A DNA stretch of 64,000 nucleotides from an uncultured Aliarcobacter sp. (GTDB lineage Bacteria; Campylobacterota; Campylobacteria; Campylobacterales; Arcobacteraceae). The translations under genes were made by a program, and so were the position numbers. This document shows, one piece after another, positions 11,422 through 22,731 of this stretch; position 1 is the first letter of the stretch, and the number at the start of each line of letters is the position of its first letter. The notes under the pieces were generated by a model that did not search any database, was not told where the DNA came from, and saw nothing but the letters and a program-made list of their open reading frames with translations. Location of the stretch: the NCBI GenBank assembly GCA_963664305.2, contig CAXXLV010000002.1, forward strand, positions 1,504,001-1,568,000. Reading direction: 5' to 3'.

Positions 11422-13791
11422 TTAAAAACTTTCCCAATCATCTTCGTCATGTTTTTTTATAGAATTATATTCATTTTTATCTTTTAAAACTTTTTTTTCT
11501 ATTTTTTTCTCTTCTGTTTTAACATTTTTTGCTTTAACATTATCTTTACCTTCAAACTCTTTTTTATTAGCACTACTAACTACAAGTTTCGAAATTTCAT
11601 CAGTAATTATTGCAATATTTTTTGCTTCAGCTGCAATCATTGCATTTTGTTGAGTTTGTTGGTCAAGTTGATTAATTGCATCATTAATTTGTTCTATTCC
11701 TAATAATTGTTCTTTTGATGCATTTTCTACATCAAAAATCAATTTTGTTGTATTAGAAATATTTTCATTTAATTGTTTATATCCATCAATCATATTTGAA
11801 GCAATCTCTTTTCCTTGATTTGCCTTATTTGTTGCATTTTCTACTATGGCTTTTATTTCACGTGCAGCTTCAGCACTTCTTGCAGCTAAATTTCTTACTT
11901 CTTGAGCAACAACTGCAAATCCTTTTCCTGCTTCTCCAGCAGTTGCAGCTTCAACAGCAGCGTTTAAAGAAAGAATATTTGTTTGGAATGCAATTTGGTC
12001 AATAACTGTAATTGCTTCATTTATTGCACTAACTTGTGTATTTATATCTTCCATTGCATTTGTTGTTTGAGTTGCTAGTTTTTCACCATCTACAGCCGAT
12101 TTTGTAACTTCATTTGAGAATGTTGCCATTTTTGCAATATTTTCTGTAGTATTTCTAATATTACTTGTAATCTCTTCTAAAGCTGCGGCAGTTTGTTCTA
12201 AACTTGAAGCTGCTTCATTTGAACTATTATTTAAATTTTCTACATTTTTTAATAAATCATTTGAACTATCATCTAAAGTTAATCCCATAGATTTGTTTTC
12301 AACTAACATTTCCGTTATTGAACCACCTAAAGTATTAACACCGTTTGCAAGTTTTAATAAATGTGCCTTTAAATCACTTGTTGGAATTTTATTTAGATAA
12401 TTATAATTACTATACTGTTCTAAAATATTTAAAATTACTTCAATATTTGTTTCAAGATTATCTGCCATTTTATTTAAAACATTTTTTAATTCCATTAAAG
12501 CTGGATTATCAACTGAAATATTTAATCTTTGGCATAAATCACCTTGTTCAAATTCATTTAAAACTATTATAGTTTCATCAATTAATTTTCTATCATCTTT
12601 TACAGTCTTTTCTATTTTTTCGATATTTTCATTGATTTGTTTAGCCATAACACCAAATTCATCTTCTGAATTGATATCAATTCTATTTACATGATTTGTT
12701 TCTCTATTTAAATATTGAAAGAATGAGAATAAACCATTTTTAATATTTGTTAAAGATTTTAGTAAAACTTTCATTGAAATAAATATTGACAATGAAATAA
12801 CTAACATAGTTAAAGTAGATAAAATTATTATCAAATACATAATTTTATTTGCTTCTTCAAATATTTCATTTGAACTAACTCCACCAACTATCAACCAATT
12901 CCATTCATCAAAAGTTTGAAAGAAAACAAATTTATCTAAACCTTCCCATAAATAGTTTAATTGTCCTTCTTTTTTAGCTAGCATCTCTTTTACAAAAGAG
13001 ACTCCATTTGCATCAACTAACTCTAAAGCAGATTTGTCTTTTAGTTTTGGATGTAGTAAAAAATATCCATATTTTTTTGATTTTTCATTTGAATCAATAA
13101 TATAGTAATAACCAGTTTTTCCAATTTTTTTACTACTAATTGTTTCAGTTAAATGTGCTAAATCTTCACTAATATCTGAACCAATAAAAGCAATAGCAAT
13201 TACTTCACCATTTTGTTTTATTGGAATATATTTTGTCATATAACTTTTACCAAATAAAACTGCTTTTCCTAAATATGTTTGACCTTCTAAAACTTTTTTA
13301 TAACCAGGATGTGTTGTATCTAGTTTTGTTCCAATAGCTCTATTTCCATCTTCTTTTTTTAAACTTGTACTAACTCTTATGAAATCTTCACCTTTTCGTA
13401 CAAATATTGTTGCAACTGAGCCTTTTGTCATTTTTGTAAATTCATCAACAAGTTTAAAGTTTAGATTTAAAACTTCATTATTTATTAAAAGAAGAGGAGT
13501 ATCAAACTCACCTACTTTTATACTTTGACTTTTATCAATCTTTATACCATCAACCATATTTAAAAAAATATCTCCATTTACATTAGCACCAGTTTTTGCC
13601 ACTTTGTTAAATGTATTTATATTTTCTACTAATAAAGCCAACTCTTTACTAATTGCCATTTCATTACTATTTTTCATTGCATTTGAAGTATTTGTAACAA
13701 CTAAATATGTCAATATACTCATTGAAATAATAATTGATATAACAGAGACAAAAATTACTTTTGCAATAACTGATTTTTTTAGAAAATCCAT
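11422..13791 (-). CDS. Methyl-accepting chemotaxis protein with Cache sensor domains
   Basis: TM-Cache-TM; signalling hairpin [31 protein letters not shown]-terminal pentapeptide DWESF. Confidence 0.95.
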   Translation of the reverse strand: MDFLKKSVIAKVIFVSVISIIISMSILTYLVVTNTSNAMKNSNEMAISKELALLVENINTFNKVAKTGANVNGDIFLNMVDGIKIDKSQSIKVGEFDTPLLLINNEVLNLNFKLVDEFTKMTKGSVATIFVRKGEDFIRVSTSLKKEDGNRAIGTKLDTTHPGYKKVLEGQTYLGKAVLFGKSYMTKYIPIKQNGEVIAIAFIGSDISEDLAHLTETISSKKIGKTGYYYIIDSNEKSKKYGYFLLHPKLKDKSALELVDANGVSFVKEMLAKKEGQLNYLWEGLDKFVFFQTFDEWNWLIVGGVSSNEIFEEANKIMYLIIILSTLTMLVISLSIFISMKVLLKSLTNIKNGLFSFFQYLNRETNHVNRIDINSEDEFGVMAKQINENIEKIEKTVKDDRKLIDETIIVLNEFEQGDLCQRLNISVDNPALMELKNVLNKMADNLETNIEVILNILEQYSNYNYLNKIPTSDLKAHLLKLANGVNTLGGSITEMLVENKSMGLTLDDSSNDLLKNVENLNNSSNEAASSLEQTAAALEEITSNIRNTTENIAKMATFSNEVTKSAVDGEKLATQTTNAMEDINTQVSAINEAITVIDQIAFQTNILSLNAAVEAATAGEAGKGFAVVAQEVRNLAARSAEAAREIKAIVENATNKANQGKEIASNMIDGYKQLNENISNTTKLIFDVENASKEQLLGIEQINDAINQLDQQTQQNAMIAAEAKNIAIITDEISKLVVSSANKKEFEGKDNVKAKNVKTEEKKIEKKVLKDKNEYNSIKKHDEDDWESF

Positions 13792-14001
13792 AAAACCATC
13801 CTACTATTTATTTTATTTTTGTATTAATTAAATTTGAGAAAAAATATTTTTAATTTAAGATAGGCAAATTATATAATAATTATTATTCATTGTTATTAAA
13901 TTTTTGTATAAAAGTAAAAAATTATTTACTTAATTTTTAGTGATTTTATTTTAAAGGAGATTGTTTTTATAATATTTTATTAATTATTTATAAAATAAAA
14001 A

Positions 14002-14027
14002 AGGGAAAAGTAAAAAAACTTTTCCCT
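14002..14027 (-). terminator. Intrinsic terminator after secF
   Basis: agggaaaagt-loop-acttttccct followed by a U-tract on the minus strand. Confidence 0.75.
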
Positions 14028-14060
14028 AATTAAAAACATATTTTAAAACTTAACTTTTTA

Positions 14061-15029
14061 TCAAACTGTACCTTGTTCGTACATTGCTCTAAGTTTATCT
14101 TTTTCTTTTCTTCTTTTAACTTTTTCTGATTCTTTAATTCTAAAATCATCAATAGAGAATTTTAATTGAACTAAGAATGAAGCAGCTACGAATATAGAAG
14201 AATATGTACCTACAATAATTCCTACAAGTAAAGTAAATGAGAATCCATTTATAATTTCTCCACCAAAGAAATACAATGTTGCAACCACAAATAAAGTAGT
14301 TAATGAAGTTAAAGTTGTTCTAGATAGAGTTTTACTTACAGATTCATTGATAACTTCTTTTAAATCATTTGCTTTTGAAGTTTGAATTCCTTCTCTAATT
14401 CTATCAAATACAATAATTGTATCATTTAATGAATATCCTAAAAGAGTAAGAATTGCAGCTAAAATATCTAGATTTACTTCAATATTAAATAATGAAATAG
14501 CTCCCATTGCAATAGAAATATCATGAATTAATGCTAACACAGATGCAACTGCAAATCTCCATTCAAATCTAAATGATAAATAAATTAACATTACAATGAT
14601 TGATAAAGTTAATGCCATTAACCCTTTTTCTCTTAATTCTCCACCAACTTTAGCACCAACCATGTCAATTCTTCTAATTTCAAATTTTCCTGTTGGAACT
14701 AAAATTTTAGCCATTTCATCACCAATATCATTCGTTAAATCTGAACTACTTCCAGTGATTCTAATAACTACTTCTTCATCACTACCAAACTTTGTAATTA
14801 TTGAATTACCATATTTTGTAGATTTTAATGTATCTCTAATTTTATCAATTGGTGCTGCTTCTTCATATTTTACTTGAACAATAGTTCCACCAACAAAATC
14901 AATTCCAAAATTTAAACCTTTTGTAAAAAGTAAAACTATTGAAGCAATAACTAAAAATGAAGAAAGTCCTAAAAAAGGAACTCTTTTTCCCATAAAGTCA
15001 TAAATTTTATTTATTTTAAAAATTTCCAT
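14061..15029 (-). CDS. secF: Protein translocase subunit SecF
   Basis: GIDFVGG, GYSLNDTIIVFDRIRE. Confidence 0.97.
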   Translation of the reverse strand: MEIFKINKIYDFMGKRVPFLGLSSFLVIASIVLLFTKGLNFGIDFVGGTIVQVKYEEAAPIDKIRDTLKSTKYGNSIITKFGSDEEVVIRITGSSSDLTNDIGDEMAKILVPTGKFEIRRIDMVGAKVGGELREKGLMALTLSIIVMLIYLSFRFEWRFAVASVLALIHDISIAMGAISLFNIEVNLDILAAILTLLGYSLNDTIIVFDRIREGIQTSKANDLKEVINESVSKTLSRTTLTSLTTLFVVATLYFFGGEIINGFSFTLLVGIIVGTYSSIFVAASFLVQLKFSIDDFRIKESEKVKRRKEKDKLRAMYEQGTV

Positions 15030-16594
15030 TATTTAACTCCAAACCATTTTCTTGTATCTTTTTCTCTCGATAATTTTGGCATTAATGCTTGATAAATTCC
15101 GTGAGTTCCTAAAATTGCAGTTAACATTGAAGCTATTATTCCAATAGAAATTGTAAGAGCAAATCCTTTTATAGGTCCAGTACCATAAGCATATAAGAAA
15201 ACTGCTGATAAAACTGTTGTAATATTAGAGTCTAAAATCGCTCTCATTGCATTTGAATATCCATCTTCAATAGCTTTTGGTATTGAAGCACCCTCTTTTA
15301 TAAGTTCTCTAATTCTTTCAGTAATAATAACGTTTGCATCAACAGCCATACCAATTGTAAGAACAATACCTGCCATTCCAGGAAGTGTTAAAGTTGCTCC
15401 AAACATAGCCATAATAGCAATAATAATAAAAATATTTGTAACTAAAGCAATATTTGCAATAATTCCAGCTCTTCTATAGTAAATAACCATAAATACGAAT
15501 ACTAAAGCAAATCCAGAGATTAACGCAATCATTGAAGCTTGAATAGAATCAGCACCTAAAGATGGACCTACACTTCTTTTTTCTAACATAGTAACAGTTG
15601 CAGGTAATGCACCACTTCTTAAAGCAATAGCAACATTTCCAGCTTCAACAATTGTAAATCCACCAGAAATTTGTCCACTTCCTCCACCAATTCTCTCTCT
15701 AATATTTGGTGCAGAATAAACTTTTCCATCTAAAACAACAGCTAGTCTTTTTCCTACATTTTTCCCTGTAAATTCACCAAAAATTCTAGCTCCAGTTGAA
15801 TTAAGAGTAAAATTAATAATTGGTTGATTTGATTGGTCAAATGCTACTTGTGCATCAATTACTTGACTTCCATTTAAAATAGGAATCTCTTTTACTAAAT
15901 ATTTAATATTTGGATTATTTGTATCCTCTAAAATCACATCTCCATATGATGATGCTTGAGATGATGTCATTGTATTAGCTTGATCAGCTCTTTCTTCATC
16001 AACTGCCATTAATTCTAAATTTGCAGGTTTTGAAATAAGTTCCCTTGCAGCTTTTTCATCTTCAGCAGTTTTAATTCCTGGAAGTTCAACAACAATATCT
16101 GTTTGACCTTGTCTTAATACAGAAGGTTCAGATAGACCAAATTGGTCAAGTCTGTTTCTGATAGTTTCAACAGCTTGAGCAACAGCTAAATCTTTTGTTT
16201 TTTCAATATCTTCAGCAGTAAGTTTTAATCTGTATTTTAAATCTTCTTTAGATATTTCTAAACCTTTTATTTGTTTTAACATCTCATCCATTTTAGGTAT
16301 TTCATCTGCATCTAAAACAGAGAAAACAACACCATCATTTTCAATAGATAAACCATCAATTAAAAGTTCTTCATCATCTGAAAAATACTTAACTGAAGTT
16401 GCAATTGATTTGATTTTTGAAGTTACTGCTTCATTTGTATTTACACCTAAAAGCATATGTAATCCACCTTGTAAATCAAGGCCTAAAGAGATTTTTTTAC
16501 CTGTATCTGTTTGTAATAATGATGGAACTGAAAAAACAATACCAAAAATTATACTAAGAGTAAATATTATAAGTCTATAATTGAAGATTTTCAA
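15029..16594 (-). CDS. secD: Protein translocase subunit SecD
   Basis: LGLDLQGG, GMAVDANVIITERIRE. Confidence 0.97.
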   Translation of the reverse strand: MKIFNYRLIIFTLSIIFGIVFSVPSLLQTDTGKKISLGLDLQGGLHMLLGVNTNEAVTSKIKSIATSVKYFSDDEELLIDGLSIENDGVVFSVLDADEIPKMDEMLKQIKGLEISKEDLKYRLKLTAEDIEKTKDLAVAQAVETIRNRLDQFGLSEPSVLRQGQTDIVVELPGIKTAEDEKAARELISKPANLELMAVDEERADQANTMTSSQASSYGDVILEDTNNPNIKYLVKEIPILNGSQVIDAQVAFDQSNQPIINFTLNSTGARIFGEFTGKNVGKRLAVVLDGKVYSAPNIRERIGGGSGQISGGFTIVEAGNVAIALRSGALPATVTMLEKRSVGPSLGADSIQASMIALISGFALVFVFMVIYYRRAGIIANIALVTNIFIIIAIMAMFGATLTLPGMAGIVLTIGMAVDANVIITERIRELIKEGASIPKAIEDGYSNAMRAILDSNITTVLSAVFLYAYGTGPIKGFALTISIGIIASMLTAILGTHGIYQALMPKLSREKDTRKWFGVK

Positions 16595-16634
16595 TTTTTT
16601 TCCTTAGTTAGGGTTTTAGAAAATTTGAAAGCAT

Positions 16635-16659
16635 AAGATATGTAAAAATACATATCTTA
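16635..16659 (-). terminator. Hairpin between yajC and secD
   Basis: taagatatgt-loop-acatatctta inverted repeat. Confidence 0.45.
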
Positions 16660-16674
16660 AAGATTTGAAAATTT

Positions 16675-16950
16675 TTAGTCTTCTAAAAGTTTTGCTACAA
16701 ACTCTTTGATAAGCTTCATTTCAGTTCCATCGCTGTTTTTAACTAGAAAATATGTATCTTCTACTTTTGCAACTTCTACGATTAAGCCACCATTTGTTAC
16801 AATTTTGTCACCTTTTTTTAAATTAGAAACCATCTCTTTATGAGCTTTCGCTTGTTTTTGTTGTGGTCTAATAATTAAAAAGTAAAAAATTGCAAATAAT
16901 GCAACTAGAGGCAACAATGAGCTTATTAAATCTGTACTTGAACCTTCCAT
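16675..16950 (-). CDS. yajC: Preprotein translocase subunit YajC
   Basis: FYFLIIRPQQKQ, GDKIVTNGG. Confidence 0.96.
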   Translation of the reverse strand: MEGSSTDLISSLLPLVALFAIFYFLIIRPQQKQAKAHKEMVSNLKKGDKIVTNGGLIVEVAKVEDTYFLVKNSDGTEMKLIKEFVAKLLED

Positions 16951-16978
16951 CAAATTTCCTTTTAAAAAGTAGTTTATT

Positions 16979-18211
16979 ATGTTTTTACTAAAACGCGATT
17001 ATTCTAACAAAAACTTTATAATAAAAGGCTTCATCACCTCTATTTTATTAAGTTCTTTTATATACTTGAGTTATTTTAATATTGAATTAAAAATTTTAAA
17101 TACATTTTTAGGTCTATTTGGAATATATTTTTTATTAGTTATTCCTAAACGTTCTTTATTAATTACAGGTTTTCTAACAGGAATATTATGGTGTTACTGG
17201 ATGGCTGTTAGCCTTCAATATTATGATTTAACTTATATTGCACCTGCATTATTAGCTGGAATTGGTATTGTTTATGCAATAATTTTTTACTTATTTGCCT
17301 TTTATGATAGGCTTACAATTAGAATTGTTATGATTTTTGCCTTTACTTTTTTTGCTCCTTTTGGTTTTAACTGGATGAAATTTGAACTTTTATTTATTGA
17401 TTCTTATATTGGCGTTTCAAAAATTGATTTTGCTTTAATTCTTATCTCTTTTTATCTAATAATAAAACTGAAAAGACATAAAATAATTGGATTAATTCCT
17501 CTTTTATTTACACTTACTTTTGGAAAAGGCGAATTTATCGATAATCCAAATGCAAAGTTATATATGCCTCAAATGAATATTGAACAAAGTTTAAAATGGG
17601 AAAAAGAGTATAGAACAACACTTCATGAAAAAAATTTTGAAGAAATAGCAAAAGCAATTGAATTAAAAAAAGATTTAATTATTTTGCCAGAAACAGCTTT
17701 TACCTCTGTATTAAATAGAAATCAAGAATTACAAGATAGACTAAAAGACTTTTCAAATGATATTGATATTGTTACTGGTGCTTTATATGTTGAAGATGAC
17801 CAGATTTTTAATGCTTCATATTTCTTTAGTAAAGGGCAAGTTCAAGTTGCCAAAAAAGTTGTATTAGTTCCTTTTGGGGAAGAGATACCTCTTCCAAAAT
17901 TTTTTGTTGATTTAATCAATAAAGTTTTTTATAATGGTGCACAAGATTATTCTAAAGCATCAGCTCCTACTGATTTTGAAATCAAAGGAGAAAAATTTAG
18001 AAATGCAATTTGTTATGAAGGAACAACAGACAAAATTTTTGAAAATCTAGGTGATACAAGATATATGATTATGATTTCAAATAATGCTTGGTTTACGCCA
18101 TCAATTGAGCCAACACTTCAACATTTACTTCTAAAATATTACTCTAAAAAATATGGAGTTACAATTTTCCATGTGGTAAATGGTAGTCAAAATAGAATTT
18201 ATAGACCTTAA
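16979..18211 (+). CDS. lnt: Apolipoprotein N-acyltransferase
   Basis: Nitrilase triad LPETA / KVVLVPFGE / ICYE; N-terminal TMs. Confidence 0.93.
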   Translation: MFLLKRDYSNKNFIIKGFITSILLSSFIYLSYFNIELKILNTFLGLFGIYFLLVIPKRSLLITGFLTGILWCYWMAVSLQYYDLTYIAPALLAGIGIVYAIIFYLFAFYDRLTIRIVMIFAFTFFAPFGFNWMKFELLFIDSYIGVSKIDFALILISFYLIIKLKRHKIIGLIPLLFTLTFGKGEFIDNPNAKLYMPQMNIEQSLKWEKEYRTTLHEKNFEEIAKAIELKKDLIILPETAFTSVLNRNQELQDRLKDFSNDIDIVTGALYVEDDQIFNASYFFSKGQVQVAKKVVLVPFGEEIPLPKFFVDLINKVFYNGAQDYSKASAPTDFEIKGEKFRNAICYEGTTDKIFENLGDTRYMIMISNNAWFTPSIEPTLQHLLLKYYSKKYGVTIFHVVNGSQNRIYRP

Positions 18212-20007
18212 AAGTAGTAAGAAATTCCTACTTTTAAGATATCCTCTTTTTCATATAAATCATCGTTTATATATCTAACTTTTAAAGCTAAGTTTCTATC
18301 AAGTTTATATGTTGAAAACAGTTCAAACTGATTATTTTCTAAATCTTTATTATACTTGTCATAACTATAATTTATCCCTAACTTTATATTATCAAATCTA
18401 TTTGTAACAGCACCAACAGTTGAACCAATTGAATATAACTGTTCACTATTTTTATAATATAAATTTGAACCCAACATGAAGTAGATAAAATCTTTATTTT
18501 CTCCAAAAGTAACACCAACTTCTGGTTTTACTTTTAAATAATCACTTCTTTGTTTAAATTGCTCATAACCAACATCTATTCCCCATGATATTGGTTTAAA
18601 AAATAAATCTTGAGGGGCAAGCGATTTTATTTTTAAAAGAGTAAATCTATCTAATCTTGCATTTTCATTTTTCTCTTTTTTAATATTTAAATCAAAAAAA
18701 TCAATATAAGCACCTTGCAGATATCCATCACTTATGTCATAGATATCATTATAAACTGGTTTTGCAGAAAGTTCAAAACTATCATTACTATTATAAAAAA
18801 AAGAGACTCTTGCAGAATCATGTGAATAAAGTGGGTCAAAAGGAGTTTTTATATCATAAGTTGAAGCTTGTTTGTAAGAACTTCTCTCTTTTAAAAGTTT
18901 TAAATATTTTTTTAAATATTCATCTTTATCATATTCATTATTTGCTCTTTGATATTGTAAATAAGAGATTTTAAAATCCAAATAAGAGATTTTATCTTCA
19001 GTGCTTAATGAGTCATCTAAAGCTTCATCTTCATAAACAAAATCTTTTAAATACTCTTTATTTTCTATCTTTTCATTTAAAATAAATTTCATTTTTCTCA
19101 TAGATGAGTATCTAAAATTTGTATTTTTAATCAAATCATATTTTTGTAAAACTTTAATAGAATCAAGAGGAACAGTTTTAAAATCAAATTGACTAACTAA
19201 ATCCAAACTAGGCCTTGCAACTTCTAAAAGCCATAAAACATTATATGAACAATTCTCTTTAAAGAAAAAATAATCAGAATATGAATCTTTTAATTCAAAA
19301 GTATGTAAAACTAATCTATCTATCTCTTCTTGATTTAAATCTAAATCATACTCCCAAATATCTCTTTGCTCAAGATTGTTATACTCTTTGATTTTTTCAT
19401 AATAAGGCAAAATAGAATATCTTCCTTCATATTCACCAAATAAACCTTTATAAGCAAAAATCAAACCATTTGTATCTGTTGTTGCAGCTGCATAATTAAC
19501 AGCATTTGAAATAAGTGGAGTTTTTTCATCAGAACTAATTCTTATAAATGTATGTCCATACATAGAAGCTGGTGAATTTATATGAGCTGTTGGGAAAACC
19601 ATAGTTACATATTTTGCATCAACAGAAGTTATAAATTTGTCTAATTCTTCACAAGAATACTCTGCAATCTTTAAATCAGGAAGATTTTGTTTTAACCATT
19701 TTACTCTTAATGGAAATCTACATAAAACATCATTTGTTCCATTTTCTAATGAATTTATAGTTTCAAATAACTCTTCTTTTAAATCATTTTTTCCATTTTT
19801 AGATATAAAAAAGTTAGCTGAATCTATTTCACTTTGCCCATCTCTATAGTGCAACAATTTTGCCCAATAAGGATTTTCATAAAGTTTTGATTGTTCAATA
19901 GTATTTGTTAGTTCAGAAGAATAAGAGAGAGTAAAACATAGAAAGCTAAGTATTAAATACTTAGACTTTCTATTTAAAAAATTACATATATTTAGCAATT
20001 GAATCAA
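18208..20007 (-). CDS. DUF4105 (Lnb N-terminal-like) domain protein with C-terminal beta-barrel-like region
   Basis: SPASMYGHTF, YFFFKENCSY; C-terminal ...ISYYF; start uncertain. Confidence 0.75.
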   Translation of the reverse strand: MIQLLNICNFLNRKSKYLILSFLCFTLSYSSELTNTIEQSKLYENPYWAKLLHYRDGQSEIDSANFFISKNGKNDLKEELFETINSLENGTNDVLCRFPLRVKWLKQNLPDLKIAEYSCEELDKFITSVDAKYVTMVFPTAHINSPASMYGHTFIRISSDEKTPLISNAVNYAAATTDTNGLIFAYKGLFGEYEGRYSILPYYEKIKEYNNLEQRDIWEYDLDLNQEEIDRLVLHTFELKDSYSDYFFFKENCSYNVLWLLEVARPSLDLVSQFDFKTVPLDSIKVLQKYDLIKNTNFRYSSMRKMKFILNEKIENKEYLKDFVYEDEALDDSLSTEDKISYLDFKISYLQYQRANNEYDKDEYLKKYLKLLKERSSYKQASTYDIKTPFDPLYSHDSARVSFFYNSNDSFELSAKPVYNDIYDISDGYLQGAYIDFFDLNIKKEKNENARLDRFTLLKIKSLAPQDLFFKPISWGIDVGYEQFKQRSDYLKVKPEVGVTFGENKDFIYFMLGSNLYYKNSEQLYSIGSTVGAVTNRFDNIKLGINYSYDKYNKDLENNQFELFSTYKLDRNLALKVRYINDDLYEKEDILKVGISYYF

Positions 20008-20419
20008 TAACTGTAGCAGAAGTTACATTTTCACTTGAATAAATGTTTGAGAAGTTTGCTTGTAATTTAGCAGAAAATGCTTCTGTATTTTCTACGTTCA
20101 TTAATTTTGCAACTGTTTGTAATGTTTCACCATGACCAGCTGAAATATCTAAAGCTAATTCGTCCATATTTTCAGCAACAAATTTATTTAATTTGTCATT
20201 TGATACAAAGTTTGAAGGTTTGTCACAATTTGAAGTACCACTTGTAATACCAAAAGTTTGGTTACCTGAAGTTCCATTTGTTGTAGCAGCTAATACTTGT
20301 AATACTACTGTGTTTTGATTTTTAATAACTAAAGAACCAAGTCCACATCCTGTATTTTCATTTGCATAAACTGAAGCTGTTAAACCAAGTGCAGCCACTA
20401 AACCAATAATTTTTTTCAT
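19982..20419 (-). CDS. DUF3015 family exported protein
   Basis: GCGLGS, TTNGTSGNQTFGITSGTSNC. Confidence 0.85.
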   Translation of the reverse strand: MKKIIGLVAALGLTASVYANENTGCGLGSLVIKNQNTVVLQVLAATTNGTSGNQTFGITSGTSNCDKPSNFVSNDKLNKFVAENMDELALDISAGHGETLQTVAKLMNVENTEAFSAKLQANFSNIYSSENVTSATVIDSIAKYM

Positions 20420-20488
20420 ATTGTCTCCTTTTAAGTTTGATTGATTTTATTATTTCTAAAGTAAATCTCTTCTTAAAAAATAACAATT

Positions 20489-21886
20489 TTAATATTTGTT
20501 TGTTATTTTCTCTACAATTTCTTCTTTTGATAAATTTTCATCAATTTGTAAGTCAAAAGCAAACTCTAAAATCTCTTTAAATTCTTTTGAAGGTTTATAA
20601 CCTAAAGCTATCAAATCTCTTCCTTGAACTAAAGGTTTTATTGGCTCATTGTGAATACTTAACTCTTTTGCTTTTTGTAAAATCCAATTAATTGCTTCAT
20701 AACATTTACATTTATCATCTAAATCTCTTCCTAAACAATCAGCCAAACAAACCAAACATAAATCTTCAATATTAACTTTTAAAGAGAGCCTTTTTACAGC
20801 TTTTTCACTTGAATGTGATAAATATAACTGAAAAGGAATAAGATGATTTTTTACTAAAGAACAAACTATTTCGATAAATTTTTTTTCATTTGTTAATTTT
20901 TCTAAAAAAGAGATTGTTGGGTCTATTCCTAAAGATTCATGTTTATATGAAGTAATTTTTCCATTTATCTCTTTTGTACAAAATGGTTTTCCAAAGTCAT
21001 GACACAAAACTGCATAAAAAAGATATAGTTTTTTATACTCATCTTCTATTTTTTCTTTTTCTAAAATCTTTGCTAATTCATCTAAGCACATTAAAGTATG
21101 AATCCAAACATCACCTTCTGGATGATATTCAGGCTCTTGTTCACAATTTATCAAAACTTCTAATTCAGGAAAATATTTTAATAATCCTAATTCTCTTAAA
21201 AGTTCAAATCCAATTGAAGGTTTATTTGATTTTAAAAATAGTTTTTTAAACTCTTCATAAATTCTCTCTTTTGGTAAATATGAAAGTTCATCTCTTAAAA
21301 CTATTTTTTTACATAAATCTTTTGTTTTTTCATCTATATCAAACTCAAATCTAGCTGCAAATTGAATTGCCCTATAAACTCGTAAGCTATCTTCAATAAA
21401 AGTTTTATCATTTATATGTTTGATTATTCTATTTTTTAAATCATCTATTCCATTAAAGGGGTCAATAAATTCATCTTTAAAATAATCATATCCTATTGCA
21501 TTTATTGTAAAATCTCTTCTTATTGCTGCTTCTTCAAAACTCAGATTTGAATTTGTTATAACTTCAAAATCAGTATGAGAGTTTCCAACTTTTTTTTCAA
21601 TTCTTGGAAGGGCAAAATCAAAATCGTAACCTTCAACTTTTAAAGTCAAAATTCCAAAAGATTTTCCAACAAGTTTAACATTTCCAAATTTTTTTAATGA
21701 AATTTCAAGTAATTCAAGAGAGTCAAAATCAAAGATTTCTATATCAAAATCTTTAACTTCTTTATTTAAAAAATAATCACGTACACAACCACCTACAAGA
21801 ATTGGACGAGCTCCTAATTCTTGTAAACTTACTAATATATCAATTAAGATTTTTGGTATATTAATCTTTGTTGTGATGGTAAACAT
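20489..21886 (-). CDS. cca: Multifunctional CCA tRNA nucleotidyltransferase (HD domain)
   Basis: VGGCVRD, DFD, RRDFTINA, EDSLR, HPEGDVWIHT, HDFGK. Confidence 0.9.
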   Translation of the reverse strand: MFTITTKINIPKILIDILVSLQELGARPILVGGCVRDYFLNKEVKDFDIEIFDFDSLELLEISLKKFGNVKLVGKSFGILTLKVEGYDFDFALPRIEKKVGNSHTDFEVITNSNLSFEEAAIRRDFTINAIGYDYFKDEFIDPFNGIDDLKNRIIKHINDKTFIEDSLRVYRAIQFAARFEFDIDEKTKDLCKKIVLRDELSYLPKERIYEEFKKLFLKSNKPSIGFELLRELGLLKYFPELEVLINCEQEPEYHPEGDVWIHTLMCLDELAKILEKEKIEDEYKKLYLFYAVLCHDFGKPFCTKEINGKITSYKHESLGIDPTISFLEKLTNEKKFIEIVCSLVKNHLIPFQLYLSHSSEKAVKRLSLKVNIEDLCLVCLADCLGRDLDDKCKCYEAINWILQKAKELSIHNEPIKPLVQGRDLIALGYKPSKEFKEILEFAFDLQIDENLSKEEIVEKITNKY

Positions 21887-22721
21887 CTTGTTGTGGATAA
21901 GGAATAGTGATTCCTTCTTTATCAAATGTTGTTTTAATAGATTCAGTTAATCCAAATTTTACATCCCAATAATCAGATGTATTAACCCAAGCTCTAACTA
22001 CAAAATTAACTGAAGAATCAGCAAGTTCTGAAACTGCAACTGTAATTCCTTTATCAAGTATTACTTTTTCATTTGAAGAGATAATTGAAGTTAAAATATC
22101 TTTTGCTTTTTTAATATCATCATCATATGAAATTCCAACAACTAAATCAACTCTTCTTGTATCAAGTGCATTTACATTTGTAATTGTTCCACTTGTAATT
22201 GCGCCATTTGGAACTATAATTTTTTGATTATCACCTGTAATAAAAACTGAATTAAAGATTCCTACTTCACTTACACTTCCTGTAACTCCAGCAGCTGTTA
22301 CTAAATCTCCAACTTTAAAAGGTTTAAATAAAATAATCATAACACCAGAAGCAAAGTTTCCAAGTGAATCTTTTAAAGCTAAACCAATAGCAAGACCAGC
22401 AGCTCCTAAAATAGCTAAAAATGATGTTGTTTCAACTCCAAGTTTTCCTAAAGCAGTTAGCAGTACAACTATCATTAAAGCGTAATAAACAATATTCTCT
22501 AAAAATTTAATTAGAGTTTCATCCATACCTTTTACTTTTCGTAAAACTTTTCCAAGTAATTTAACTACTTTATTTACTGCCCATTTTCCAATAACAAATA
22601 TTAAAAGAGCCATTAATAAAGAAAAAGCATAACTAGCAACTATTTCAACAATATTATCAGGAATATATGATTTTATATCCTTTGTTATTACTTCAATATT
22701 TTTTTCTAATTCTTTTTCCAA
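21861..22721 (-). CDS. mscS: Small-conductance mechanosensitive channel
   Basis: GAAGLAIGLAL, NFASG..KPFKVGD, IPYPQ. Confidence 0.93.
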   Translation of the reverse strand: MEKELEKNIEVITKDIKSYIPDNIVEIVASYAFSLLMALLIFVIGKWAVNKVVKLLGKVLRKVKGMDETLIKFLENIVYYALMIVVLLTALGKLGVETTSFLAILGAAGLAIGLALKDSLGNFASGVMIILFKPFKVGDLVTAAGVTGSVSEVGIFNSVFITGDNQKIIVPNGAITSGTITNVNALDTRRVDLVVGISYDDDIKKAKDILTSIISSNEKVILDKGITVAVSELADSSVNFVVRAWVNTSDYWDVKFGLTESIKTTFDKEGITIPYPQQDVYHHNKD

Positions 22722-22731
22722 ATTTAACTCC

